Of a stretch of DNA of 64,000 nt, positions 12,429-26,724 are shown in pieces. Both the position numbers and the translations under genes were made by a program. Under the pieces are notes generated by a model that saw nothing but the letters and a program-made list of their open reading frames with translations, was not told the DNA's origin and did not search any database. Source of the stretch: the human T2T-CHM13v2.0 reference genome, Homo sapiens; assembly GCF_009914755.1 (NCBI RefSeq), contig NC_060937.1; one strand, written 5' to 3'. Positions within the stretch are counted from its first letter, which is position 1. The number at the start of each line of letters is the position of its first letter.

Positions 12429-13987
12429 AGACTTAGCTGTGTTCAAGACTGATATCAGCATGAGAAAAACACATGGAGCAATGAAACCAAATATTGAGTC
12501 TAAAAATAGACACATACATATGCAGTCAATTGATTTCCAAAAAAGGTGTTACAGTTGTTCACTGGGGAAAAATCATTTCTTAAAAAATAAATTGTTCTGG
12601 AGGAGCTGGATATATGTATGGGAGAAATAAACTTCAGCCATTACTTTGCAATTTACACAAAAATATATTTTAACTATATCATAGAGTTAAAAGTTAAAGC
12701 TGAAACCGTACAACTATGAGTCAAAAACATACAAGAAAATGTTTGTGACAGTGGGGTAAGCAAAAATTCCTCAGAAAACAAAGCTAAATGTAAGAAACAA
12801 TGATTAATTTGACTGTATCCAAAGCTCTTTTCTTTAAAAGATACTGCTAAGAACATGAGAGGCAAGCCGAAGATTGTAAGAGGATATTAGAATACATGTA
12901 TATTACAAGGGACTTGTAGTTAGAATACATAAAGAGTTTCTACAACTTAATGAGAAAAAAATAAACAAAATATTTGAACAGGAACTTCATAGAAGACAAT
13001 ATATGAATGGCCAAGGAGCACATGAAAAGATCATCAACATCATTAATTATCAGAGAAAATAAACAAAAATTGCTGTAAGATACTGCTGTTCACCTACTAT
13101 AAAGGTAAAAAGTAAAGACTTACAGCACAAAATATTGGTAATGTCATTGAGTACTGGAAGTCATACATCACTGGGGGGAAATCAAAATAGGAGATAACCT
13201 GGAAGTTTCTTATATATATGCACTTGCCATTTTACCTAACAATAATTCCAAGAGAAATGAAAAGTTGTGTTTATATGAAGACTTGTAATGAAATGTTCAT
13301 GGCAGCTTTATACATGATGCATAAAAGACAGAAACAACCAAATGTCCATCTACAGTGAAGCTATATACAAACTGTGTGGTATAGCCATACAATGGGTAAA
13401 AATAAAAAATAAATTAAAAACAATAAAAAAATTAGGTAATGATAGATTTAACAATATAGGCAAATCTCAAAACATTAATCTGGGAAAAGAAGCTAGAAAA
13501 AAATGAAAGCAAACTGTAGGATTTGATTTATATCAAATTATAGATCAGGTAAAATTAATCTGTAGTGACAGAAAGTAGATCAGTAATTTCCCAGGGTAGG
13601 GGTGGAATGGGCTTGAGTGGACCAGGACACAAGGGACCTTTCAGGGGGATGGAAGTGTTTTGTGTCTCATAAGTGGTGACAGTCACAATGGTGTATGCAT
13701 TAGTGAAAATGCATTAAACTTTACGCATAAAATGAGTAAATGTCATTGAATTTAAATTGTGCCTCAACATGATTGATTTTAAAAGAATAATGATTTATAG
13801 GAGAAAATCATACATTTCTCCAAGAATCATAAATTCAATCCAACTTTTTAAAAAGAACATGTCATACATACTTTTAAGTGTCTTTATCTATTTTTATACA
13901 GTCCTGTAAATATTATGTAGTTAATAGAAGCACTAAGGTCTGGAAAGTTGTTCAAGATATCTGAAACGCATGTTACAAACGATTTAT

Positions 13988-14186
13988 AATAATAGCAATA
14001 GGTTAAAATGTATTAAGTGGCTATAATATGTCATGCACAGTATTAAATGCTTCACATTTATTGTTTCATTAACTACTACAAATCTATGAGATGTGTATCA
14101 ATAACATACCCATTTTGCAGGCAAGGAAACTGAGTGGTGGAGGGGTAAAGAACTTGCTAACAGGTCACAAAGTAGCAAGAGGAAAG
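13988..14186 (-). mobile_element. MIR SINE
   Basis: cccattttgcaggcaaggaaactgag...ggtcacaaagtagcaag. Confidence 0.75.
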
Positions 14187-14461
14187 TGTATTGGGATATG
14201 GGGCGAAAGAGAGAGAATGCTGATGGGCTAAGGGACTTACAAGAAATTATAAGGAGGATGTTATTGCCTTAGGACTTGATTATTTTGCCCATGAGGGAAG
14301 GCAGGAACAGTATTCAAGCCAAAGGAATGGCAAAGCACAGACAGCTGGGCATGAAAATGCAGGGGAGCTTTTTCCCTCACATTTTAGTTTCTCCAGAGCT
14401 AGAAGAAAAAGAAAAGCTGTGTTGACTTAGCAGAAAACTGGGTATGTTTTTCCCAACTCAG

Positions 14462-14557
14462 AAAATATCCCTGACTTCTTCCATACTTTTGTATGCCATG
14501 AACTTTAAAATATCCCTGACTTCTTCCATACGTTTGTGTGCCATGAACTTTAAAATA
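14462..14557. repeat. 45-bp tandem duplication
   Basis: 14462-14506 vs 14507-14551, 2 mismatches. Confidence 0.95.
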
Positions 14558-14932
14558 CTTTCTCTGGCCCCCAGGATCCTTCACTGACAATGGCCGCTCG
14601 GAGCAAGTGGCAGTTGCAGGCCAGCCCGCCTTCCCTGCCCTCACTCCCTGGCACAGTCGCTGGAGTGTCCCTCGGATCATACTTCTGTGTCTGCGGTCCA
14701 ACCCTTAAATTGTACCAATAAACTCATAAAATGGGCCAAATGGAGAATTTCTGGACTTGGCATGGCTCTCCCTCAACCCAGAGAAGAAGAAATATAATTT
14801 CATATGGATGTTCTCAATTCAGAATTTTAATTTTCTCTTTTCAAGATTTATAAAATTTGTTAATTAGAGATATTATTTCAGTTTGGGTCTCATTTTCCAA
14901 ATTTCTCAGGATACCTAAAATCTATTGCCATT

Positions 14933-15348
14933 TGCAAGGAATTGAATTGCATTCCCCCCAAGTTCCTAAGTTGCACTAATTCCTAACCACTAATGAGACT
15001 GTATTTAAAGATAGGGCCTTTAGGAGGGAATTAAGGTGACACGAAGTCATAAGTGTGTAGCCCTGATCTGATGAGATTAGTATGCTTACAAGAAGAGACA
15101 CCAGAAAGCACCACGTCTGCCTCTTTCTCCCCCACACCACATCTGCCACGTGAAGACACAACGAGAAGGCAGCATTTGCAAACCAGGAAGAAGACTCACA
15201 CCAAGAACAGAGTCCACCCACACTTTGATCTCCATCCGCACTTCGATCTTTGACTTCCAGCCTCCAGGACTTCAAGACATCAATTTCTGTTGTTTAAGCC
15301 CCTCAGTCTATGGCATTTTCTTATGGCAGCCCACACAGACTGACTTCA
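14933..15348 (+). mobile_element. MLT1A-family MaLR solo LTR
   Basis: gatagggcctttaggagg...agaagagacaccaga...gacttccagcctccag...ttctgttgtttaagcc; internal 18-bp duplication at 15214-15249. Confidence 0.85.
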
Positions 15349-18347
15349 CTATGTAGTTCTCAGATAAAACTTAGATGATTTCCTTTTATAAGTTAGAATT
15401 AACTTGCATTTACTGTTTCAGTCGTAAGTTTCTTGAATCCTTTAATACTTGACAGGCACTGTAGTAGTTACCTGCACTAACTACCACTACATTTACCATT
15501 CACAGTAACCTGGGAAATAATTTTTTCAATTTTCCCCATTTTCTATAAAGGGAAACTGAGTAAAAGGGTGGTTTGAAAGGGCAAGTGAGTGGCAAATGAG
15601 GTCCACTGGAGACAAAAGTCTGCTTTCACTCATCATGCTGCCCTGAATGAAAACCATGAAGCCAAATTTTGAACCAACTTTTCATTGTCTGCTGCTAATT
15701 TGCAGCTGCCGCACTGGGATGCCTCTTCTATCACGCTTTGTGTTTGAATGTTGGGTGTAGTACTTGGAGGCCTGCAGAGACTGATGCTGTTGATAGATGT
15801 CATCTCTTGTGAGCGCCAGTTGGCCAAGCTTCCTCGGATGTGAACCACGTATAGGCAGCCCCTGACAGTCTCACAACAGAGTGGTGAGTAGCCTGAGACA
15901 GCCATTTGTTTTGAAACCGATCTCAGTGCCATGAATGCTTTGTCATCTGTCAAAAACCAGTGCTGCTTGGTTAACCAGACTGTCATTTCTTTAATGGCAG
16001 CATGGTGAGGCACACAACTACCACTGCAGTTACCTGATCATTGCGGAGGCTGTTTACTTAACAAGTGCTCTCTGAGTAACAAGAAGACAGCAGAGACCAA
16101 AATAAAGCAAGGGCTGCCAACCTGGGGAAGAGAGGGCAGAATATGAGGAGATGGGGCAGGCTGATTTTAAAAATATTTTCAAGGTAGAGATGCTGAAGTT
16201 AGCTGTCAGGGCCTATGACCCTCCAAAAACAGCATGCAAACTTTTGTTTGTAGCTATGTACATTTAAAAAATCTTCCCAAAGCTGTCTGTAACTCATAAA
16301 AGGTAAAGAACTCCTACTTTAGCAAGAAGAATCTTGGGACGTTTGTTTGTCACTTCTGAATTCAGGGTTTACTTGCCCAGCTAAAGCGGCTAGTGCCAGT
16401 TGCTAGTCCCAGTGACAGGTATTTAGGGAGATGCAAGGTTGATTTCTTTTGGGACCAGAAAAGGCTAAAATTACAAGACTAGAAGCAGTGACAAACACAA
16501 GGCTACCATAGTTCCTACCCTCTAATGATTTACATTCTATGTTGTCATAGAGAGCGTAGCAAAATTTGAGACCCGTTGCAAGACTCTATCTTTAATATTA
16601 GCATATCTGGATGATAGAAAAGATACTCATATATTTCATGTATACACACATACACATACACTTAGCAAATTATGATTTTATGGAATCTTTTTTCTCTCTT
16701 CTACAGGTTTCAAAATGGAACAATAATTTTCTGGAAACTCCACCTCACCCTGTAAAAGTGAAGATTGGGTGAGTTGACTAGAGTGTCTTGGCAAAGGACA
16801 AAAACATGAAATAACCAGTTCAAAGTCACCTCTCATGTCTTAGATAGAGCCTCAGCTGCCTCTGTCTTTGAAATTCTTCATTTACTAGGCAGGGTCAGCC
16901 CCTCTCAGAGCTGAGCGTTTCACAGGATGAAGGTAAAATGACACATGAAATGACGGCACTTAAGCACTGCTGTTTCCTGAGTGTACGTTGTGCATAGTAT
17001 GAGAAGTTATTTCTCATAAGGACAATCTTTAACTTAAGCAACATGTCCTGAAGATGTCTTACAAGGGCAATCAAGACATAGCCAGGGGGCTAAGTGGGAG
17101 GAAGTTATAATGTACAAGGTGAGTCTTTGGAGACTCTGAAAAACCCATTAACGGAAAAGTTATTAATGTCTTTTTTAATGCAGCTATAGTGCAGAGGCAG
17201 ACCCCAAAGAAACCAATCCACATTATGAAACATTTTACAGAAATCCACTTTTAAAAATAGGAGAACGCTATACATGAAGTCTTGAGGTGGGAACTGAGTA
17301 CATGCCTGGCCTCCTGGGCCAGTTGTGGATTTTCTAAAGAATAAAAGGAAATTCTACTTTCACCTCTACTTTGAGACAGAGAAATAGAACAAAATTGCCC
17401 ACTGTAAAATTTGATTATCATTTTTATTTCTCTTTCTCAGATTTAATTTTCTTTCTTTCTCTTTTGTACTTTCCCTAATCAACTCTAATATCTTCAGGCC
17501 TCTGTTAACTTGAATTCAGCTTTAAACATATCAGGTTATTAAAACTTCATCAGGTATGGCTATGATGCCCAGTCAGGTGAGTTTCTCTACAAACGGTGGT
17601 GGAACTCTGGTCCCATGAATAAGATGCCTCTGTCCTATTGTCAGAAGGGAATAAACTTGGATATTTTTTTCTCCTTTAGAGGTTGACAGATTTGCATTCA
17701 TTTCCATTAGACTAAGAGCTCTTGGTAAACATAAACTGGGTCTTGTTTATCTTTATATCCCTTTCTCATAGCACAGACCTGGTACACAGTAGTGATCAAC
17801 AGACACTTGTCAGATGAATAAATTGTGAGCCCATGAAAGCTTTAGTTCAACCATTACATGGAGACTTTCTTTTTTTTTTTTTTTTTTTTGCCAGAACCTC
17901 TGCTAGTTGCTGGGTCTACAGAGACAATAGAACATGGTCCTCACTTTTAGTGTCCCCTGTGTCTGGTGGGGACGTGAGGAAGAGGGGGATAATTTCTGCC
18001 AGTGGTGGTGTCAGGGAGAAAGAACGCTGAGCATGTGTTCTCTAAGAGCAGGATAGACAAGGAAGAAAGGATGTTCTAGAGAGACTGGAGCAGGGCCAAA
18101 GGCAGGGTGTTGGGCTTCTGCAGCCCAGGGGCCCTGGATGCTGGTCTTGGCAACATTCCTTGTGAACTGAGCAAGAAAAGACATTGAAGAGGAATGTTGG
18201 AGACTGAGTGCATGTGTGGCTCATGGAAAAGGCCTGAGGATCCTAGAACCCTGGACCACGGTCCTGACGCCCCAGCTTGTCTGACTTGGTCAGTTAATGC
18301 TCTCTAGGAACACCCTTTTAAACAATAATATGTACACAGATGATGCA

Positions 18348-18733
18348 TGTATTAGTCCATTCTCACACTATTATAAAGACATACCTGAGACTGAGTAATT
18401 TATAAAGAAAAGAGGTTTACTTGACTCACAGTTCAGCATGGCTGGGGAGACCTCAGGAAATTTACAATCACGGTGGAAGGCAAAGGGCAAGCAAGGCACA
18501 TTGTCATGAGGTGGCAGGAAGGAGAATGAATGCAGGAGGAACTAGCAAACACTTATAAAACCATCAGATCTCGTGAGAACTCACTCACTATCATGAGAAC
18601 AGCATAGGGGAAACCACCCCCATGATTCAATTACCTCCACCTGGTCTCTCCCTGGACACATGGGGATTATGGGGCTTATGGGAATTACAATTCAAGATGA
18701 GATTTTGGGTGAGAACACAGCCAAACCATATTG
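18348..18733 (-). mobile_element. THE1D solo LTR
   Basis: tgtattagtccattctcacac...gaatgaatgcaggaggaacta...gccaaaccata; 5-bp TSD atgca/gtgca. Confidence 0.92.
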
Positions 18734-18946
18734 GTGCAAAAGTGCAGGAAACATCTCAAATAACATTAAGCAAAATGCAAATTTGCTCCTTGAACTCAGT
18801 TCTCTTAATTCCCAGGGCATAGAGGTAGGTAGAAAGACAAAGCATCAAACTAAATAAACAGCCCTAAATAAAAATTTAAAAATCTTTACTTGACTTTGTT
18901 CAATGTTGATCCTGTGGCCACTGCATGCTTTTGTGCACTCATAGCA

Positions 18947-19088
18947 TTTTTACTTATTTATTTATTTTTATAGAGATGGGGTCTTGCTATGTTGCCCTGG
19001 CTGGTCTTGAACTCCTGGGCTCAAGTGGTCCTCCCACCTTGGGCTCCCAAAATGTTGGAATTACAGGTGTGAGCTACCATGCTCAGCC
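18947..19088 (-). mobile_element. Alu monomer (FLAM_C-like)
   Basis: T-rich tail followed by agagatggggtcttgctatgttgcc...gagctaccatgctcagcc. Confidence 0.88.
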
Positions 19089-21241
19089 AATAATGTCTTT
19101 AAGGGCAAACTCAGAGGGAAATATCTTCTGTAAGGAGTCTGTTGGGGCCCCACAGGCAAGGTCTTTGCCTACTGACTCATCACTCCCTCTCCCACTTGCC
19201 CTGGATGTTGTCTTGCTGCTGGGTGTGAGATGCAAGAAGCAGTCACTAGGCAACACTTTAGCCTCATAGTCTTTCATAAATCATGAATGATGTCTACTTA
19301 TTAAAAGGGCATGTTGGAAAAAGTGATCTTTCTAGCTCTCAAATTCTGCTACTACAGCAACTCCTTATTTCATCTTCACTACACTCCAATTTTGTTTTCT
19401 TCTCCTCTCCCTCTTCTTTGTTTTTCCCTTTAATTTTTTTTTTTCCCTTGGACACAGAAAGTAGAAAAAGAAACTTCCTTTTGGTTACAACCAGATTTAA
19501 AAAACAGATAAAGGAGGGATTATTTTTAATAGTTTGAGCTATGCTGGAGAGTTTAAAGAAGATATTGTTTAACTGAACTTTAAACTTCACCAAGATGGGT
19601 TTTAATCTTTTATTGTGAATCTGATAAAAACATTCCCTCCACCCCACAATATTGCATCTAATGTCAGGAAACCATCTTTCTTTCAAAACTCACTCAGGAT
19701 TGCAGGTTAGGAATCAAAGATGGGCCAGAGTGGGAGATTGTCCATGCATGTACAGAGTTCATTCTGCTTTTCTTTTTTCTCTTTTGCCTGTTCTAACTCC
19801 CCTCTACAACCTCTACTCTTCACGTGGGGGCAAGTCACAGTTTTGTCAGGTGGTTTGTTGAAAACAGCACATGTGCTAACCCATGTGCTCCTTGGAGAAG
19901 GGCCATTGCCCCTGCCACAGGCCACTCAGCTGAGAAAGGCATCCTGAAGATGTCAAGCTGCAGGGAAAATGCAAACCAGGTGGCTGGGCTTCAGGAGAGA
20001 AATGGAATAGTAATAAAACGTGGCCAGGAGTGCTGCCCTGGGTAGATCTTCCTGTTGAAAACCTTTTTATTTTATGAGATATTCTAAATTTCCTGCTCTG
20101 CATTTTATAAAATGATAAGCCAGAAATCTCAAATTCTACCTACTGTGTGGAAAGCTGGAGATAGCTAAGGGTGTGTGTGCGTTGCCTTTGGTACAGCAAT
20201 TATTCCTCACACAGCAGAGAGTGTTCTGGATAGGTAAAACGTGCAACCTGTGGACTGAGATAGGGAGGGTGAGAAGCAGTCTGTGTTGGAGTGATATGGC
20301 ATGAGAGACGCGTGCGAGCACGTGTACGATTTTGTGTGTGGGGCTGACTCACTGACAGGGCTCTGCCTGCTGCAAATGAAGCTTAGTGAGCCCTTTTGCT
20401 TCTTCATTTTTAAAACCTTCAAGTAAAAAATGACAACTGAAGATACTAAAATAGCAGCAACATCACTCAAACATCTGGTTCATCAGCATGACTTTTAGGA
20501 GATAAAGATTTCTTTCTTAACTAAAGGGTTTCATTTTGCAACTTCAACATGTCAGCTATCAGCCTTGCTTGCAATGCACCTCTTAATACTCAAAATAGTG
20601 CAAACAGGAAAACAAGGTCATTTCTATTAAAAGAATGTCCTTGCAAAGGCTACATACATATCATGAGATACTCCTTAAGGGGTTCACAGTGTTTAACTCA
20701 GAAGACTCCTTTTCCATTTTGCATCCCAGAGAATGGTGTGATTTGCATTCATTCTCCAAGTTTTACCTTTTATTTTTAAAATGAAATGAGTTCTCACATG
20801 CAGACTTGTAAGTGAATATCCTAAGAGGCTGAAGTGCATTCCTATTACTTGAGCCATCAAGGACTTCCTCTGGGTAGTGACAGTGTGGGGGCTCTGGGTC
20901 ACTAAGGAATTTAAGAATAGTTCTTTGAGACTCCCAGCTATGCCACCTACAGGGCTGGATCGAGAGATCCTTGATTTGATTGATCAAAGATCTTCATCTT
21001 GGTAAACCTCCTTCAATCTCAAATCTTCACCATCTTTGGTGTGAGTGCAAATGGAATGGATGCCAGTCATTTGATAGGAGCTACATAAATGGGAATTAAT
21101 CCTGTTAAATTTTGCTCTTGCCTTGTTCATTCTCCCAAGAAGGCTTGGGAAGTTTGCTGCTTTTAGGTGATGTATTAGCTTCCTGCTGCTGCTATACCAA
21201 ATTACACAAACTCAGTGGTGTCAGATAAAAAGCAAATCTGA

Positions 21242-22206
<965 letters not shown>

Positions 22207-23324
22207 TCACACTATTTCTAGGATAGGGCATGAAGGAGAGGCTGTTTACTGGCTCTGGTTGAGGTTTGGGACTGAGGGAAGGAGATAAATTTAGGTTAAC
22301 TCCTAAATTTAGGTTATCTCCAAAGTTAGGTTAACGTGCCTTTTGTTCCAAGTGACAATAGACAAATAGTTCAACTTATCGTTTATGAGGCAAAGAACAG
22401 GAATTTGGAGGGTCTGTGTCAGGCCTTGTCCTAAACAAGGGGTTATGCTTGAGTGTCATCTAAGTCACATGGGAAAGAGTGAGTCTGCAGTAGGTCACTT
22501 CCTGGAGCACAGAATAAATGAGGGTTTCTTAACATTAGCTGTTTTCCAGGAACACCGGGCTCAGGTAAAGTTCAGCATTGTCAGTGGCTTAGAGCATCAT
22601 AAATTTGTTGTCTTGCAGTCTGGAGGTCAGAAGTCTGAGGCGGGTGCTACTGGGTTAAAATCCAGATGCTGGCAGGGCTGTTTTCCTTCCTGGAGGCTCA
22701 GGGGATCTCTTACCTCTTTTCTTGCATTTTCTAGCTTCTGGAGGCCGCTGCATTCCTTGGCTTGTGGCCCTTTCATTTGCAAAGCCAGCACCAGCTGGGA
22801 GAGTTTCACTCTGATGCTGACTCTTCTCTCTCTCACTCTTCCACATTTAGAGTCCTTCGTGATTATGTCATTTCTGGTCCACCTGGACTATCCAGGCTGC
22901 GGCTGATTAGCAACCTTCATTCCGTCAGCAACCCAATTCCCTTTCACCACATGAGGTAACACTTAGGTTCTGGGAATTAGGACTTGGATGTCTTTAAGTG
23001 TTATTATTCTGCCTACTATTGAAGAGATCCTGAAATAATTCACAGGAGGTAGGAAAAGACTTATCTTACCAAACTCTGCTTTTCGAGTACTTGTTTTTGT
23101 TTTGTTTTGACTAAAGGCAGCAGCTCTCAAACTTTGTCCTTTTTACACTCTTAAAGTTTCTTGAAGACCTCAAAGAGACTTTGTTCATATGGCTTATATC
23201 TATTGATATATACCGTACCAGGAATTAAAATTGAGGAAAGTTAGATATTTATTAATTCATTTAAAATGCCAATAAGAAACTCATATGTTAATAGGAATAA
23301 CATATTTTCATTGAAAAATAACTA

Positions 23325-23444
23325 ACCCGGCACAGTGGCATGTACCTGTAGACCCAACTACTCAGGAGGCTAAGGCAGGAGGATTGCTTGAGCCAGGGGT
23401 TCAAGTCCAGCCTGGGCAACAGAATGAGACCCTATCTCTAAAAA
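23325..23444 (+). mobile_element. FLAM_A-like Alu monomer
   Basis: gtggcatgtacctgtagacccaactactcaggagg...ccagcctgggcaac...gagaccctatctct. Confidence 0.8.
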
Positions 23445-23615
23445 TCCAAAGAACAACTCCCCCTCCCAAAATTTGCTAAAACAAAATTTTGGTAAGAAAA
23501 ATAGCATTGCTTTACATTTTTGAAATCTCTTTCATGTCTGGTTTGATAGAAGAGTGCTGAATTTCATATATGCTGCTTTGGTTGAAGTATATAAAGAATA
23601 TCCAGCCTCACATAG

Positions 23616-23957
<342 letters not shown>

Positions 23958-24717
23958 TAGCCCTTATACATATAATTGTGAATGTACTTCTTTGCTATTA
24001 CACTAAAATTTGGTAAGTGAGGCAAGTGGTAGTTTTTACATTGTTAATTGCAATATGGAATCTAAAAACATAGAGCTTTTTGTAGACTATTACTGTAAAA
24101 TCCAGGAATCTTTCAGTTCAAAAAGCTTTTACCCATGGGTGATTTTATAATGCCATTCCCTGTTAATGCGGAAAATACTGGTTCATAGAGTTATGAAGAT
24201 CTTCCAATTATCCTATTTTATAGTACCACACCAAAAAATCACATTTGATTATATCACTACTAATTTTATCAGAAAGATTTTTAAGTATTGGGAAATTCCC
24301 AGAGGCTACTTTTTCTTAATTTGAGTTTTTCTCTTGAAAGTCAAATTTTATCGCTGGCAACAAATTTGCCTTTTCTCGATGTGGACATATGCACTGGTGT
24401 TGCAAAAGCAATGGGCAATAAAACTACTGCAGCCTTTGTACACATCATGGTGGTGGTGGTAAACTACTGACACTCATAACATCTTCACCACCACACATTG
24501 AGTGAAAGCAAAGAAACCAGCAAAAACCTTTCAAATAGGTCCATGATGAAGCAATACAATTATTCATTTTATTATTAAACATCAACCTTTGGTATATTTA
24601 AAACATATTCTATGTGATGAAATGACAAGTAGAGATATTATATTTCTGCTACAGACCAAAGGTAAGGGTCATCTCCAAGAAAAGATCACAGGCTGCTGGG
24701 CTGCAAGCTGAACTACC

Positions 24718-24740
24718 TTTTTTTTTTTTTTTTTTTTTTT
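24718..24740. repeat. poly-T tract
   Basis: About 23 T. Confidence 0.9.
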
Positions 24741-26063
24741 GTGAAATAATGTTTTTACTTGAAAGAATGGTAGAAGGACAAACTACAGTTTCAGACTTGA
24801 GTATTTGGTAGATATTTTCTTAAAAATGAACCAAATGAACCAGTTACTTCAAGGAAAACTATAAACAGTGAAAAAGGCAAACAATATCTTTGCATTATTG
24901 TAAAAATAGTTTTAGCTTAGGGAACACAGAAAGAAACTTCTTGGAGACTCCTGCGTTGCTACACATCACTCTTTGAGAACCTCTGACTTAAGATTTTTAT
25001 CAACAGAAGGAGATAAAAAATGCCACCTTTGCTTACCTTAGTATAACCATATTTATCAAAGTATCTAATTTGATAATCAGATGTCTTTGTCATGAAAGAA
25101 CAAGACAGGACACAGGCAGATTATGTTTGGGAATTTGGAATCAGAAATGTTTGCAGAATGAAAGATGCTCTATGTAGCCAGGGCCATAGAGCCTGGCCTG
25201 GCCTGTAGCCAGGTAGGCGACAGGTTCCTTGTGAAGCTGAAAGGAGCAGAAAACTCTCATGGCAAGAAAGATTCATCTTTACTCAGAAGACACTCACATG
25301 ACCTAGGTGGCTGAACTTCATTAAACATCTGTTTGCTCATATGGCTGGGGATAACTGGCTCACCTCATAATTTTATTGTGAGAGTTAAATAAGAGGATGA
25401 ATCTAACTTGAGTGATACAGGGTAGGGGCTTAATAATGAAAGCTGTTGTTAGGATGGCTTTACAGCTTATCGCCTGGTCTCTTGGCTCTCTAGACCTTTG
25501 TTCAGCAAACACTCATTATTGTTCTGAGACCTCGTGGCATTCAGGACCCAGGTGTGCCAGGTAAAAAATTCCTTCTCCACCCTCCAGCCTGACAATGCAG
25601 CACACTCTGGGCTTGCGGTATCCTACTTAGCTTACCCTTCATTACTGCAGCCCCAGGTGACTCTGAGTCTGGGGAAATCTACTCTTCAGTGCTCCCTTGA
25701 AGGTGGGGTTTGCCCCTCTGGAGCCAACAGCAGTGCGCTCCTCTGATGTAACATATCTTCGTCTTTACCAACCAGTGCGCTGCTTGGAGTAAGCCAAAAT
25801 CTTTCTATGTCAATGTGTTTTGTAATTTTCAGATCAAGGATCAGAAATCATCTTTAAATGGTCTAAACCATTTTTTAGTGATAATAATTTAATCTTGAAT
25901 CTACATTTTCCTTGTGAAGGAAGGATGAGTCACATTTTTAAAATTGCCAGTGATAACTACACTGCAACTACTGCTACTAATCATAACGACCAAACTGCCA
26001 GGCACTTTGCAGATGTCATTGCACTTAATCTTCCCTGATTTCCTCGGCAGCTATCATGATGCC

Positions 26064-26105
26064 TTTTTTTTTTTTCTTTTTTGCGATAGGGTCTTGCTCT
26101 GTCAC
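26064..26105 (-). mobile_element. Extremely 5'-truncated Alu 3' end
   Basis: poly-T followed by gcgatagggtcttgctctgtcac. Confidence 0.6.
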
Positions 26106-26289
26106 AGAGATGGAATGTCTGCAATATTGGTGAATGCATTAAGGCTACACACCTAGTTTTAAGGAAAGTTGGAGTTCCAGTTAAATTCTGTCTCACTTTT
26201 TCAACATGCTTCCCCTCTTTCCAAAGAATAGCATGATGCTATTTTAAATATTTCAAAGAACTACTCAGTGGAGTCACAATAAAAATTCA

Positions 26290-26724
<435 letters not shown>

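Noticed and set aside
14462-14557. 45-bp repeat as a CRISPR-like array
   Set aside because: Two adjacent copies with no spacers, in eukaryotic DNA
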